From positions 136,896,001 to 136,960,000 of the forward strand of contig OZ024742.1 of NCBI GenBank assembly GCA_964016885.1: a stretch of 64,000 nucleotides of DNA, read 5' to 3'. Below the pieces are notes generated by a model, which saw only the letters and a program-made list of their open reading frames with translations, did not search any database and was not told the origin of the DNA. Source of the DNA: Eledone cirrhosa. Lineage: Eukaryota. How positions within the stretch are numbered: position 1 is the first letter of the stretch; every line of letters begins with the position of its first letter. This document shows, one piece after another, positions 28,866 to 42,000 of this stretch. Made by a program: the position numbers and the translations under genes.

Positions 28866-28909
28866 ATTGTCGATGCATTTCGAACTCAACTGGTTCTCAT
28901 CAGGACGAT
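28866..28909 (-). ncRNA. Canonical minimal type I hammerhead ribozyme motif (PLE type)
   Basis: Minus: atcgtc CTGATGA gaac-cagttga-gttc GAAA tgca TC gacaat, with palindromic stem III atgcat. Confidence 0.85.
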
Positions 28910-29149
28910 CACTCCTGCTCTTGCAACTGCCGGACTTTGAAAATAGGCGAAAATATATAGTTTTTTCGTCCGTTGAAAATGAGGTGATTAATTTCATTTG
29001 CATATGAAGATGTATAAGGTGGCTCAACTTAATATAGAATCGAATTTGAATTTAGCTTTGAACATAGCTGTATACAAATATATATTTGAATATTTCGTAT
29101 TTCTAAAGATATACGCTTGGTGGCGTTAGCTCCCAGCGTTTTTCAGAGC

Positions 29150-30650
29150 TATTGCTTCATAAATACGAAATTCATATAAATATATATTAATGGCCATTAA
29201 ATGCAAGGATTATCAACCACATCTCCGTATTCCAAACCTGGATAAACGTAGTGTATCCACATATTCAAGTTACTTCTAATAGATTTTGAGTCCTACTGAA
29301 GGATATAAAAGAAATGTGCTATCGTTAATTGAAAATCAGAAAACAAAAGTGAGACGTTTGCAATTGTATAAAACGATCTTTTTTTGTACTACAACTTCAA
29401 ACAAGAAAGTGTGAAGATCTCTATATCTTCTTCAAGAACAATCTGTTTCAGCAGAATAAGATTTCATCTTCAGCGAGACATATATGTGGATGAATGAATC
29501 AAAGTGGTGATAAATAAGACTATTAACTGTCGTTATTGTTTAAAGTTGTCCAACTTGCTACATATATCACACAAATCTCTACGTACTTTTTATTAAAAAT
29601 GTTGATGGAATATCTTCCACATCATAGAAATGATGTAGCGCTTTCAACAGTTAGAGGGAGTAGATTTATTAGTTAACCACAAATGTTAAGCTCAGTCATA
29701 CGGTCTATATATTCTGTTTTTTTTAAATTGACCTCTGAGTGCTTCAATTTTCATAATTCATTGTTTCTTGCGGGGAGACCCCAGTGAACAACATTCAAGT
29801 TAGAGCCTGGCAAAAGTAAAGAAAGGATGAATAATACTGTTTGATATAGGCTCAAAGGCCAGAAATTTTGTTGGGACGGGGAGGGAAAGTCGATTAAAAT
29901 GAACCCAGTGCATTACTGATACTTTATTTTATAGACTCCGTAAGGATGAAAGGCAAAGCTAACCTCGGCTGGATTTTAACTGAAAACACAAAGGGCTGTG
30001 ATTATACTGCGCAAAGCATGTTGCCCGATGCTCTACCGATGCTATCAATCAAATGCCCCTAGAGAATAGAAGCATAATGCTATGAATATCTTTAGAGCGG
30101 CAAGTTCTATGTAACCAGACAAATATCCAATGAGCCATGCCAACTTTGCAGTTTATGTAGGCATTCCAGCTTAAGTTCTTATCGACAGTTACTCCAATGT
30201 TGTGTCTAATATATTATTGGATACCACGTGGATTTTGCTTAAAGGAAGAGAATATTGCAGCTTAAGTATATCTTCTTTACCAAAACGAATTGACTACCAT
30301 TTATCCTCATTTAGTAACATTTTGTTTGTTCTGCCCATTGAATAACACCTCATGTCCTGACTTTACCTCCGTTGATGGTCTTTTAGAACTTTGAAAGGTC
30401 TGCGAAGATTCTTATTTTACTGTGCTTGGTGGTAACTATTATGTCATCGATGTAAATATAAAGAGAAATGGCCTAACTCAGAGCGTTGTGGGAAGCTGCT
30501 AATGACAGTTGCTGAACTTGATTATATTTTTTCGCTCAAAACTAATGTTGAGGCAAGCATAGTGGCTTGGTTAGACACATTTAGGGATCTTATATTAGTT
30601 TTGTGTGTTTAGGGCTGTACAAAATATAAGCTATTGTCAATGTATTCTAA
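29150..30650 (-). mobile_element. Highly decayed CR1/Jockey-group LINE RT fragment interrupted by a SINE
   Basis: Minus-strand remnants resemble PQGS.LG..F..YIDDI (~30440-30500), KIRIFAD (~30400) and P.LEY..VV (~29220-29250). Confidence 0.45.
29840..30055 (-). mobile_element. SINE family B
   Basis: cccagtgcattactgatactttatttt...ggatgaaaggcaaagctaacctcggc, as at 38030-38403. Confidence 0.75.
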
Positions 30651-30689
30651 ATAGTATATACGGAAATTTGCCCAAGATTAGAATTGCTC

Positions 30690-30910
30690 AATGATATTTA
30701 AGATTTGGAGAACAGTTGGGGAAGTAAGCATAAAGTTATACAAAAAGAGTATTGTAGCAACCAACTCAAGAGAGACTTTCTCGAATCTTCATCGATTAAC
30801 TCTCAGACGATACAAACCTCAGTAGGGAGCAGATGCCAGAAGCAATGGAAAATCGAGTAATGTGGTGAGATTTTGTTAGGAATGTTCGACAGTTGTCACA
30901 ATGATGATGC
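30690..30910 (+). mobile_element. Possible RTE 3' end
   Basis: Remnant L.DDT......AMENR..W.D.V followed by atgatgatg. Confidence 0.4.
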
Positions 30911-31346
30911 ATTAAGTTTGTTGGTTAAAAACAATAATGGGGCAGTTTGTAAACAAGGGTAAACAATTTGTGGGGCTAGATATGTTTTTTTTTGTCAAAT
31001 ACACATTGGTTAAAGAAAAGTTCCCTTGTTTAGAAAAAGATTGATGTCAGAAATTGGTGTTGCACTGTTGGATATAATTATGGTAACAAACATGTTTGTG
31101 TGCTTTGGTTACGAGAACGTGTATTCACCTGTACATGCATCCGCAAACATGAATATGACTGAGTATCTATAGACACACCCACACCCACACATATGAATAT
31201 ATATATGTGTATATATATATATATATATATGTGTGTATAGATGCATAAACATATGAGTACACACCCACACACACATATATATATATATATACATATAGTT
31301 ATAATTATACAGTTATGTATATATATATGCATATATATATATATAC

Positions 31347-31396
<50 letters not shown>

Positions 31397-31457
31397 GTAT
31401 ATATATATATATGTATATATATATGTATATATATATATATATATGTATATATTTATA

Positions 31458-31598
<141 letters not shown>

Positions 31599-31743
31599 AG
31601 GGTTGACCGACCCACCATATTTATCAATGCAAGTACCGGTTGTATCTCAGCGCACTCGATGGGCAATGTAAGATACATTACCAGAGTATACCCATAGTTA
31701 TTTGCCTGAACACAACACACGTAAAACGGGTGCCTATAAGGTT

Positions 31744-31853
31744 CTCGGACTCGAGTTTCTGCAGCACTAATGCAGCAGTAAGGTGCACTGCACCATCTGT
31801 CAGAATATATTACGCAACAATGCACAATCGGCTTATGCGGCTTCATCAGCGGG
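31744..31853 (-). ncRNA. Hammerhead-like motif with ~80-nt stem II domain
   Basis: Minus: cccg CTGATGA agccgcataa...ttagtgctgca GAAA ctcgag TC cgag. Palindromic stem III actcgagt. Lies in a (TA)n-flanked segment. Confidence 0.45.
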
Positions 31854-32094
31854 TATCGCCTAATCAATAACCAATCGATCGACATAATCCAAACACCGGC
31901 CCGTGCCGGTCATGACTGTTTGTGTCAACCGACACGGTAAAGTGATTAACTGGCAACCGATAGGACTCTATCTCTCAACTAGCCACTGATTTACAAATTT
32001 TACGTGGGGACGGGAAGCTAAAGAGAATCAATCTATTAGTTCCTGTCAGAAGCCCTCATCCAGCGTGTCTCACACAAAAATTATCAAGGGGTGA

Positions 32095-32109
32095 AAAGAT
32101 GGCTATTAG

Positions 32110-32143
<34 letters not shown>

Positions 32144-32155
32144 GTGCGTGTGTAC

Positions 32156-32215
<60 letters not shown>

Positions 32216-32267
32216 ACGTACACACACACATGTATATATATATATGTGTTTCTAATAGCCATCTTTA
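32095..32267. repeat. Palindrome centred on (TA)n
   Basis: aaagatggctattagaaa...catgtgcgtgtgtacgtata(TA)n tatacgtacacacacacatg...tttctaatagccatcttt. Confidence 0.9.
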
Positions 32268-32475
32268 TAGGAAAACACATCCATATACATCCACACGCCC
32301 ATCCACACAAATAGTATACTATATTATATATATATATAATCTTTACGTCCCTTTACCGCCGAGATTAACTTTGCCTTTCACCCTTACGAGGTCGATAAAA
32401 TAAAGTACCAGTAATGCACTGGATAATTGCTGGCCTTGTGCCATAAGTAGAAACAATTATATATATATATATAAT

Positions 32476-32535
<60 letters not shown>

Positions 32536-32930
32536 ATATAAGATTATATATAGAGACTACAATAATCAAAGTTCAGTTTAAATCATTTATTTGCTTACAA
32601 TTGTTTCCTCCAAACCGAGGTTTGGATTCTTCGGAGCAACTATTTAGTGATCTATAACATACTTGACCTCCTTTTCAACACAAGAGACATATAAAAACAT
32701 ATGCATATATATATATAATTGTTTCTACTTATGGCACAAGGCCAGCAATTACATAGTGCATTACTGGTACTTTATTTTAGTAAGCATGAAAGGCAAAATT
32801 AACCTCGGCGAGATTTGAACTCAGTCCGTAAAGGGACGTAAAGATTATATATATATAATATAATATAGTATACTATTTGTGTGTGTGTGTGGATGTGCGT
32901 GTGGATGTATGTGGATGTGTTTTCCTATAT
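32267..32930. repeat. Inverted duplication (~200-bp arms) of unique DNA + SINE-B fragment around a hammerhead-bearing segment
   Basis: 32267-32470 (ataggaaaacacatcc...atctttacgtccctttac...ccttgtgccataagtagaaacaatt) versus the reverse complement at 32708-32930. Confidence 0.88.
32591..32639 (-). ncRNA. Minimal hammerhead motif, CCGAAGA (U4C) core
   Basis: Minus: ttgct CCGAAGA a tccaaacc-tc-ggtttgga g GAAA caattg TA agcaa. 5-bp stem I, 8-bp stem II, palindromic stem III. Confidence 0.7.
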
Positions 32931-33298
32931 ATAAATCTCTCATTAGACAAGGTTGCTATAAATGTGTATATATCACTTGATACCTGGAAATAAATTGGGT
33001 TATTACAATGGAAGATTTGGAAACATTTTCCTCGGATTTCCGAAGCTCGCGACATCTTGCAAGATAATGGTTTTCTTCCAATGATATTTTATGGAAATTG
33101 TTCAGGCATTTCAAGTTGATGAATTCGATTTTACTGTTTTAGTGACATGGATAATTATATATTAACCGTTTGCATTTATATATATAGCTTTGTACTTTCC
33201 CCACAAATTATATGTCGAACAATAACCAACGCATATCTATTTCAAAAATATTATATGATGAATCGTTATGTATTTATATATATATATATATGTATATA

Positions 33299-33755
<457 letters not shown>

Positions 33756-34101
33756 ATAATTCTCTTTGTCAATGAAGTAAATAAATGTTTGACCGTTTCA
33801 AAAACAAACGTTCTCTCTCTCTCTATCTCTATCTCCCACTCTCTTCTCTCTCTCTCTCTTCTTTCCTCGGCGTTCCTAAAGGAAATTTCTAAGTTTTATT
33901 GAATTTTAAGGTGAGTGGAGAGAGGTTATCAGGTTGTATTAGAGGGGTAAAGCGTCATGCATTTAGTTTTATCGATTATTTCCGTAATTGTGGGTGAATT
34001 TGTAAGAAATAAAAAGTCGTTGACCTAAGTTAATCCATTCACAACATTCGCACAGACTTTGAGTCGAATCGGTTTGAAATTGTGCAAATGTATAAACATG
34101 G

Positions 34102-34259
<158 letters not shown>

Positions 34260-34284
34260 CTGCCTTTTATAGATAATGATATAT

Positions 34285-35460
34285 ATATATTTCGTTTCTG
34301 AATTTGTTTAGCAAGATTCTTTATCTGAAAACGTGTGTTGAAACCGTTATTGTTATACTTTGGGAGGGTCATGTTGCCAATCAGAGTATATAGAGGAGCT
34401 AGAACCAAATGGGGAAAAATGGTAAATAATGATACAAATGGGACCTGCCCCTTGTATAGGAGCAAATTTTGGAATAGAATAGAAAGAACTATGAATAAGG
34501 TTAATAAAATCAAATCATGGTATGAAAGCAAAATAAATACCAGAGTGTAATGTTCATCAATACAGCCCCTAGAGGTGAATTATCTTACAAATTCAGAAGG
34601 GCCCTAGATAAATATAAACTGAATATTAAAATAGTAGAAAGACCAGGTACCTCCATAAAAACACTTATTAGCAATACATACCCTTTTCAAAGACCTCCCT
34701 GTATAGATAAGAAATGTATAATCTGTAAACTAAGCCCCCATATTAACTGTAAAACTAGAAATGTAGTATATATCATAAGATGTACTGAAGGACAATGTAG
34801 AGATAAGAATATAGTGTACATAGGTGAGACAGCTCATCGTATAGGAGACCGGATAAATGAACACTGGCGAGAGCTTCAAGATAGTAAAGAATCATCTGTA
34901 CTCTACCAACATGCTAAAGTAGAACATAAGGGTAAATTAAAGAACATAGAAATAAAAATATAATCTACCCACAGAAAAGACGCAATGTTTAGACAAATCA
35001 CAGAGGCAATAAACATTAATGAACTCCAACCAAAATTAAATAGAAAGCATGAATGGAATAGCAACATCACAACTTACAATTAAGGACAAAATGAAAACAC
35101 ACACACATAGAACAAACAACCAACCAGTAACATGTAAATAAACAAATAAATAAACAAATATAAACACACACAGACACCCGGATGTAACACATGCGCAAAC
35201 TAAGCGCACAACACACGCAAAAACAAGATGGCGTAGGGCAGAACAAAGGAGAGGCACCAAAACAAAGAAAATAATCTCCAGTCACTGAAGAGGTCACAGA
35301 ATGTGTGACGAAAGAACTTTGACAATATATGAACCGTCGTCTGGTTGTGAAACAACCAACCAACCGGAAATTTATAAATTCCTAAATTTATAAATTTAAT
35401 TTATAATAAATTGAAGTGAAAGCAACTGGTGCGTGTGTTTCTTATTGGCAACATATATAA
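34285..35460 (+). mobile_element. Penelope-like element, C-terminal GIY-YIG region + 3' pseudo-LTR, with an inverted terminal piece at the 5' end
   Basis: PLYRSKFW...; KIVERPG; C..C..C..C then NVVYIIRC....C....YIGETAHR..DRINEH. Segment 34290-34380 is the reverse complement of the family tail at 62441-62531. (TA)n on both sides. Confidence 0.9.
35281..35323 (+). ncRNA. Minimal hammerhead motif in the PLE pseudo-LTR
   Basis: gtca CTGAAGA g gtcaca-gaatg-tgtgac GAAA gaac TT tgac. Confidence 0.7.
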
Positions 35461-35687
35461 ATATATATATAAATATATTTATATCTATATATATGTATAT
35501 ATATATATAAAGAGAGGGAGAAAGTGAGGGAGAAAAAAGAGAGATAGACCGACAGAGAGACAGATATAGGCATGCATTTGTAAAAATATTAATCATACAC
35601 TTTACTTCCGTTTTCTTCTCCCTCTCTGTCACCCTCCACATTTCGCTGTTTCTCTCGCACGTACACAATCACAGTTACTTTCCCTGA

Positions 35688-35774
<87 letters not shown>

Positions 35775-35786
<12 letters not shown>

Positions 35787-36153
35787 TTGGTGCTCTGAAA
35801 TAGCGATGTATACATGAATGTATATTTGGTATATTTAGCAATATACTGTATGCTTAATTAAAAACATTTTGATAACCTTGCGCTATTATTTTAAAGTAGT
35901 GACTATGTCACTTACTTCTTTTTTCAATAAACAAAGGGAGATAAGCTGACAGATCTGTTTCATACTGTTGGTAATCATTAGAGCTTAGCACTCACCGATG
36001 CCTGTTGAAAATTATAGATGTTGGATTCTTATAGAATTCCAACATCTATAATTGTTTGTTGAAAAAAGAAGTGACATAGTCACTATTTTAAAATAACAGC
36101 GCAAGGTCTCGAAAATGTTTTTAATTAAGCATACAGTATATTGCCAAATATAC

Positions 36154-36157
<4 letters not shown>
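35775..36157. mobile_element. Fold-back PLE-type terminus (family of 25006-25712), between (TA)n and (CA)n
   Basis: ttagaattggtgctctgaaatagc...tgcttaattaaaa...ttttaaagtagtgac, inverted at 36050-36157. Inner hairpin at 36008-36053. Confidence 0.75.
35942..35987 (-). ncRNA. Hammerhead motif with C3-G8 core and a G5A lesion
   Basis: Minus: taagct CTAATGA ttac-caaca-gtat GAAA cagatctg TC agctta. Confidence 0.55.
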
Positions 36158-36246
<89 letters not shown>

Positions 36247-37654
36247 CACACACATATATATATATATATACATATTATATGTTATTCAGTGAAATACTGG
36301 TGGTACCTAAACAACCACTTGATGCGCAGACAGTGTGTGTATATTAAGAAAAACGATGAAGCTTCCTATGTCGATTGTTACGCGAATTTTGCAGACGATT
36401 GGCTCAGGTTCGCCCATAACAGTTATAGACCCAACTCCATTATCCATCTGCTCCTCAGACTGGTGATTCAACAAACAATATAGTAATAATAAAATGTTGT
36501 AGTATGCTTGATGCATTGTATATGATATATATTGTGGAATGAGATAGAAGGCTAAGCAATGCAAAATGAACTGTAAGATGAGGTAACGAAAACATAAGTT
36601 ACCTTGTAATCTTTGTTTTGTTGTTCTTTCTTCTGTCTAATATATTATGTTTGTTGTGATTTGTGTGATGATGGGTATATATTTAAATATGGCACTATTT
36701 GATTGATGTAAGTGGGCATAACTAAAACCTGGGAGATAATCGACTTCTTTGAGGTATTTGATCACCATCAGTTAATACTTGCAAGAAAAACATTAGAAAG
36801 ACCTGAAGCCTTCTCACATCACAGTGTTAAAACCAAAAAGAAAATCTAGAAAAAGAAAAACAACAACCGGCCACATTAGTTGCAAACCAGATATTTATTA
36901 TGAGTATTGCTGTGTTTCTCTTTTCACATCTAGCACTAGTAAGCCTCGGGATGGATGTTCAATTTGCTGAAACTGTTATCTAATATTTCTTTAAATTATA
37001 ACCTATAAGTACTTCAAAATGAAACACTGGATATTGTAGACATGGATACATTGAGATTACCAAATGATGAGGTGGTCAGGATTATAGTGCCTTTGTTTAT
37101 AATCCTGCACAATCGTACCCGACCTATGTTGATCGACAGTAGCAACGTAGAGCTATAATCAATGGAGGTATTGCTTTCTTGCGTTATGCACCTCCTGCAA
37201 TCTCTAACTACAGTAATTTGAATGATGCAATGAAAGTAACGCTGTTGCCATTGACATCGGTTCAGACTTTGATGACATTTAGAAAGAGAAGGTCATAGCT
37301 AAGCAGTTCATCAATAGTATCCTAGAGCTTCTTATCTGCTGGGTTAAATGTTTGCTACCATACATCTCCATTGCAGCATGTCCAAACATGGCTCTGTTGG
37401 ATCAAAAGTCTAATAAATCTGTTAAAGCGTTTTCGCTGTTAATTCTAACCGCACACATACTTGTGCGCCTCTGTATCTACCGTATATTTCGTAACATTCA
37501 GAACATAGGCATCGTCTACCTACATTCAGTGTATCATTTCCCGCCAGATATGCAAATGTTGCATGAAAAGAAACTTTGGAGACTTTGCAATATTATCACC
37601 CCGTCAATTTATCAGCAAAAAAAGCCAAATTCGCAGCAGTCGTGTTGGTGGCGA

Positions 37655-37714
37655 TAGTGATGATGATGATGATGATGATGATGATAATGGTGGTGGTGGT
37701 CGTGGTGGTGGTGG

Positions 37715-37748
<34 letters not shown>

Positions 37749-37770
37749 GGTGGTGGTGGTGATGATGAGG
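37655..37770. repeat. (GAT)n/(GGT)n compound microsatellite
   Basis: Direct reading. Confidence 0.95.
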
Positions 37771-38029
37771 AAACGTGAACAACAGCAAAGACATTGACGA
37801 CCACGACTTAGATGTTAATGAAGATGGTAAGATTGCGCATGAAATTGATGGAAATAAATAACAGAAGGGAAAATAGAGGAATAAGAAAAATATATTGACG
37901 GGAATGATAACAATGATGTTGCTGCTGATGATGATGTTGGTGATGATGATTATGAGGAGGAGGAGGAGTAAGCGGAGGAGAAGAAAGAGATGAGCTCTGA
38001 TAATAATGATCTCTATGATGATATTCATG

Positions 38030-38403
38030 ATAATTGTTTCTACTTTAGGCACAAGGCCAGCAAATACCCAGTGCATTACTGGTACTTTATTTTATCAACC
38101 CCGTAAGGATGAAAGGCAAAGTCAACCTCGGCGGGATTTGAACTCAGATCGTAAAGGGACGTAACTATGCTGGAAAGCATGGCGTCCGACCCTCTACCGA
38201 TACTGCCAATCCACAATGATAATTGTTTCTACTTTTGGCACATGGCCAACAATTATCCCAGTGCATTACTGGTACTTTATTTTATCGACTCCATAAGGAT
38301 GATAGGAAAAGTTAACCTCGACGTGATTTGAACTCAGATCATAAAGGGCCGAAACTCTATGTTGCAAAGCATGGCGTCCGACCTTCTACCTGTACTGCCA
38401 ATG
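38030..38403 (-). mobile_element. Two tandem SINE family B copies (38030-38213, 38217-38403)
   Basis: Each reads ataattgtttctact..ggca.a.ggcca.caa...cccagtgcattactggtactttattttatc...ggatga...gatttgaactcaga...aagcatggcgtccgacc. Confidence 0.85.
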
Positions 38404-39091
38404 CATGTGCTGTTAGATATAGTGAACGGCTTATGTTTCTGACTTTAGTTTAAGCGAGATGTATTGGAATTTCTACTTGCTGCAAAAATGTATAAATTAT
38501 CTGTCTGTAATTTTATTCTAGTTATGATTATTTTTTACTTTAAAAATTATGAACCTAACTTCAATAGTCATTGAATTTAGAATGTTAAAAATTTGAAAGG
38601 AAAAAAATAGAAAACGTATATAAAAAATATATTTTAAAGTACTCCTTTCATCGGACAAATTATATAAATATAAAATCAAGAAAATAAACAACAATTAAAA
38701 GACAAAGGAAAATATAAAACCTATTAAAATGAACTTCAAATTAGACAAGTTCTAATTGAAGACCTTCCTGTAGAATGTAGAATGTTCTGTTACTTTTATG
38801 CGTCTGTTTCTGCTTCTTTTTTTTTTTTTTTTATTAGTTACGAGAATCAACTGAACAAATAACTTATTCCTTTCTCTGCATTCTAGCTATTTATTTATAT
38901 GTTTTCTCTATCTTTGTTTATTTTATTTCCCTTTATCAGAAAGTCATTCAGAAGGAGCTAAGGGAATAAAAATCACGTTTGACATTTGAAACGAAACAAA
39001 TGGAAAAAAAAAGAGGAAAATATTTTAAATTAAAAAAAAGAAGAATCAAACAATCTTTCAGGATAATAATAATAATAACAACAATAATAAT

Positions 39092-42000
39092 GGTTTCTTT
39101 ATTGGCCACAAGGGCTAACACGAAGAAAAACATTAGAGACGGCACAGAACAGTACAGGACAATACAAAGTGGGTTTTGGTCGTGTTATAACAAAATCGTA
39201 CTAGAAATCAAAAAAATTCAATCAACAATAATTCCACAGAGGGGGAAATCTCCGAGGGTCACTCGTGGCGAAAACCACACAAAAAGACCACGGTCACCCT
39301 GACCACCAGGGCAAGCGCCCTCTCTTAGTTTTCCAACTCCTCAGTCTACAGGCGTATACTCAGAGCGGGCCCGTTCACTTGGACCAGACTCGCTACTTTC
39401 ACCCACCTTTCAACAAACTTACTAGAAGACAGCACTTTTCTCTCCACCTTGATTTTCCTCTTCAAATGAAACTTGAAAAAGTTAATCAGGGATTGGCCGA
39501 AGAGGAAAGTGTCCGTCTTCAACCCTTTCAACCTTGTCCACCACACAATCTCATTCGCCATAGCCACCAGGCAGATAAAAACTGCCTGCCCTTCCTCCTC
39601 TTTAAAGGAGGATGGCGGGGCTATCTGCACAATGGACTCAGTTGATAACTGAATCCCTCCTACACGCGACAGCAGCTGTTCGACATAGCTCCACAAGTCA
39701 GCAATCCTCGGGAACTGAATGAGTGCGTGCAGGACGGTTTCGTCGCCCTGCGCGCATCTCGGACAGGCTCGGCTGACAGGACCTCCGTGCCTGTAGAGCT
39801 TATCCAGAACCGGCAACGCTCCCCGGTATCACTGCCAGGCCAGGAATTTCTGGAAGTTGTTCATAGGCCCCTGTCTGAAAGTTCTCTTGAAGAGAGCGAA
39901 CAGCTGATCGTCTTCGACGCCCAGGTTCTCCCCGAGAACGTCGTCGCTTATTCCCTCCATTAGCCCTGTATAAAAAGCCGAGGTGGGTGTTCCACCGATA
40001 CTAGTGCGCAGCTGGTAGAGGGCGATGAACGCTTGGACACATTCCAGCTTCCAAGCGCTATCCCTCGGTCTTTTCCTAATCCAGGACTGCAGCTCCGCCA
40101 AGGAGACGAGCTGGGGGAAAGCGAGTCTGGCAAATGGCGCCCTCACCTGTTCACCATCAAGGAAACACCAGAGATGTCGCAACCCCAACGCATGTTTGAA
40201 CATCATCAGCCACGGCATGCCTAGTCCTCCACGCAGCGAGTGTTGACAGCAAATAGATCGTCTGACCACTGGATCACGTCCTTTCCACAAAAAAGCGGAA
40301 GAGGAGGCGCTGCATGTTGGTCAGAGTTGGGCGAGGGCAAGGTACGACGGTCAGGTGGTAGCAGATGACGGACGCTATGTACGTACTCACCACCTCCACC
40401 CGAACGTTCCGAGACAGCCTCCTCTCGACCCATTTCTGGGTGAGAGAGGCCACCCTGCTCGTAACCTCGCTCCAGTTTTTCTCCATCTAGAGGTACAGAC
40501 CGAACCAGACCCCGAGCAATTTAACCGGTCATTCCGTCCAGCGCCCCACGACGCTGTCGCACAGCATGGACTTGCCTCTCCAGGTGCCGAGTGCAAGCCC
40601 ATCGACTTTTCCTGGTATATCTTTGCCCCTGTCATCGCTTCATATTCGTTGAGAGCGGTGCCGAGAATCTGGACGTGTTTGGTGTTCGACACCACCACGG
40701 TGACGTCGTCGGCGTAAGCTGACACGTATCTCTTGCATCTCAGGTCGCGTGGGACCCCCCTCATTGTCTCCAATTTGTGCAGCAACGGCTTTAGGGCCAG
40801 TACGTACAAGAGGGATTAGAGGGAGCAACCCTGGCGGACCGAGTGCATGATGCTGAAAGACTGCGACAGGTGACCGTTCACCCTTCCAATCGAGCAGATG
40901 TCGCTGTGTATCGCAACGATCTAGCCCCTAAAAACGGGCCCAAAGTCGGCCGCCTCGAGGACCGCAGCCAGGTACCGATGGTCGACTCTATCAAATGCTT
41001 TAGATTGATCCAAGTTGATCAGGGCCCCACCCGTGCCAGGTTCCTTAACCACCCTCTCTATGATGTATCGATGGAGGTTGTCGTGGATGGACCTGTCCAG
41101 AATGGCGCATGTCTGCGCCTCTCCCACCAGATCTTCCGACGACAAGCGACAATCTCTTTGCTAACACCTTGGCCAAAATCTTAAACTCTGCGTTTAGCAG
41201 CATTATGGCCTGAAGTTGTCTATAACGTCCCCCTAGTTCGGGTCATTTCTCAGCAGCGCCACCGCTCCTCGGCTCACAAAACTGGGAATGCTCCCGTTCT
41301 GCTGCCAATTGTAGTACACATCTGCCAAGAGGTCGCTGGACAAGTCTGGCATATACGCATAAAGCCCGTAGGGCAGACCATCTAAACCTGGCGATTTACC
41401 CCTCGTGCACTCAGACATCGCTTCCCGTATTTCACCTGCTGCTATCGGCTTTTCGCAGCACTACGCTGCGGTCGTCAAGAGCCGCGGCAGTCCGTCGAGG
41501 TATGCACCGAAGTCCATACTCAGATCCGGCCCGCCGCCGCTCCCGAACAATTGAGCAAAGTGCTGTTGAAAAGCCGCACACATCTGCGAGGGTTCGAGCA
41601 ACATGCGCCCGTTTTGATCAGGCAAAGACCTAATTGTGACTTGTTTCCACGTCGCGCATCCACTACCCGGGCCCATTGAACGGCTTTCGTCCCCTCGTGT
41701 CTGAGAGCACGCGCTCTAGTTCTGACAACGCAGCCTTCATGCTTTGCGTTGAAGAATTGGTCGAGTGCCAATCTCGCCGCAAGCACGTCGGTTGCGATGC
41801 CTGTCCTAAACGCCTCTTCTATTTTTCAAACTAACTCTCCCTCTACTTTATTTTCCTCTATTACCACTCCTTTGCTAAACCTTATCGATTCTACTCTAAT
41901 AGCCCTTTTCAGGGTAAACCACCACCTGTTGTTGACGATCGCACCGTCAACGCACGCTTAACTAATTCGCTAATCCGATCTCTGTAATCTTTGAGCGCCG

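Noticed and set aside
34550-34963. Selenocysteine recoding as reported for Naiad PLEs
   Set aside because: Cys positions use TGT with no in-frame TGA, and the endonuclease is C-terminal.
36700-37600. Possible decayed RT on the minus strand
   Set aside because: No motif recognisable with confidence.
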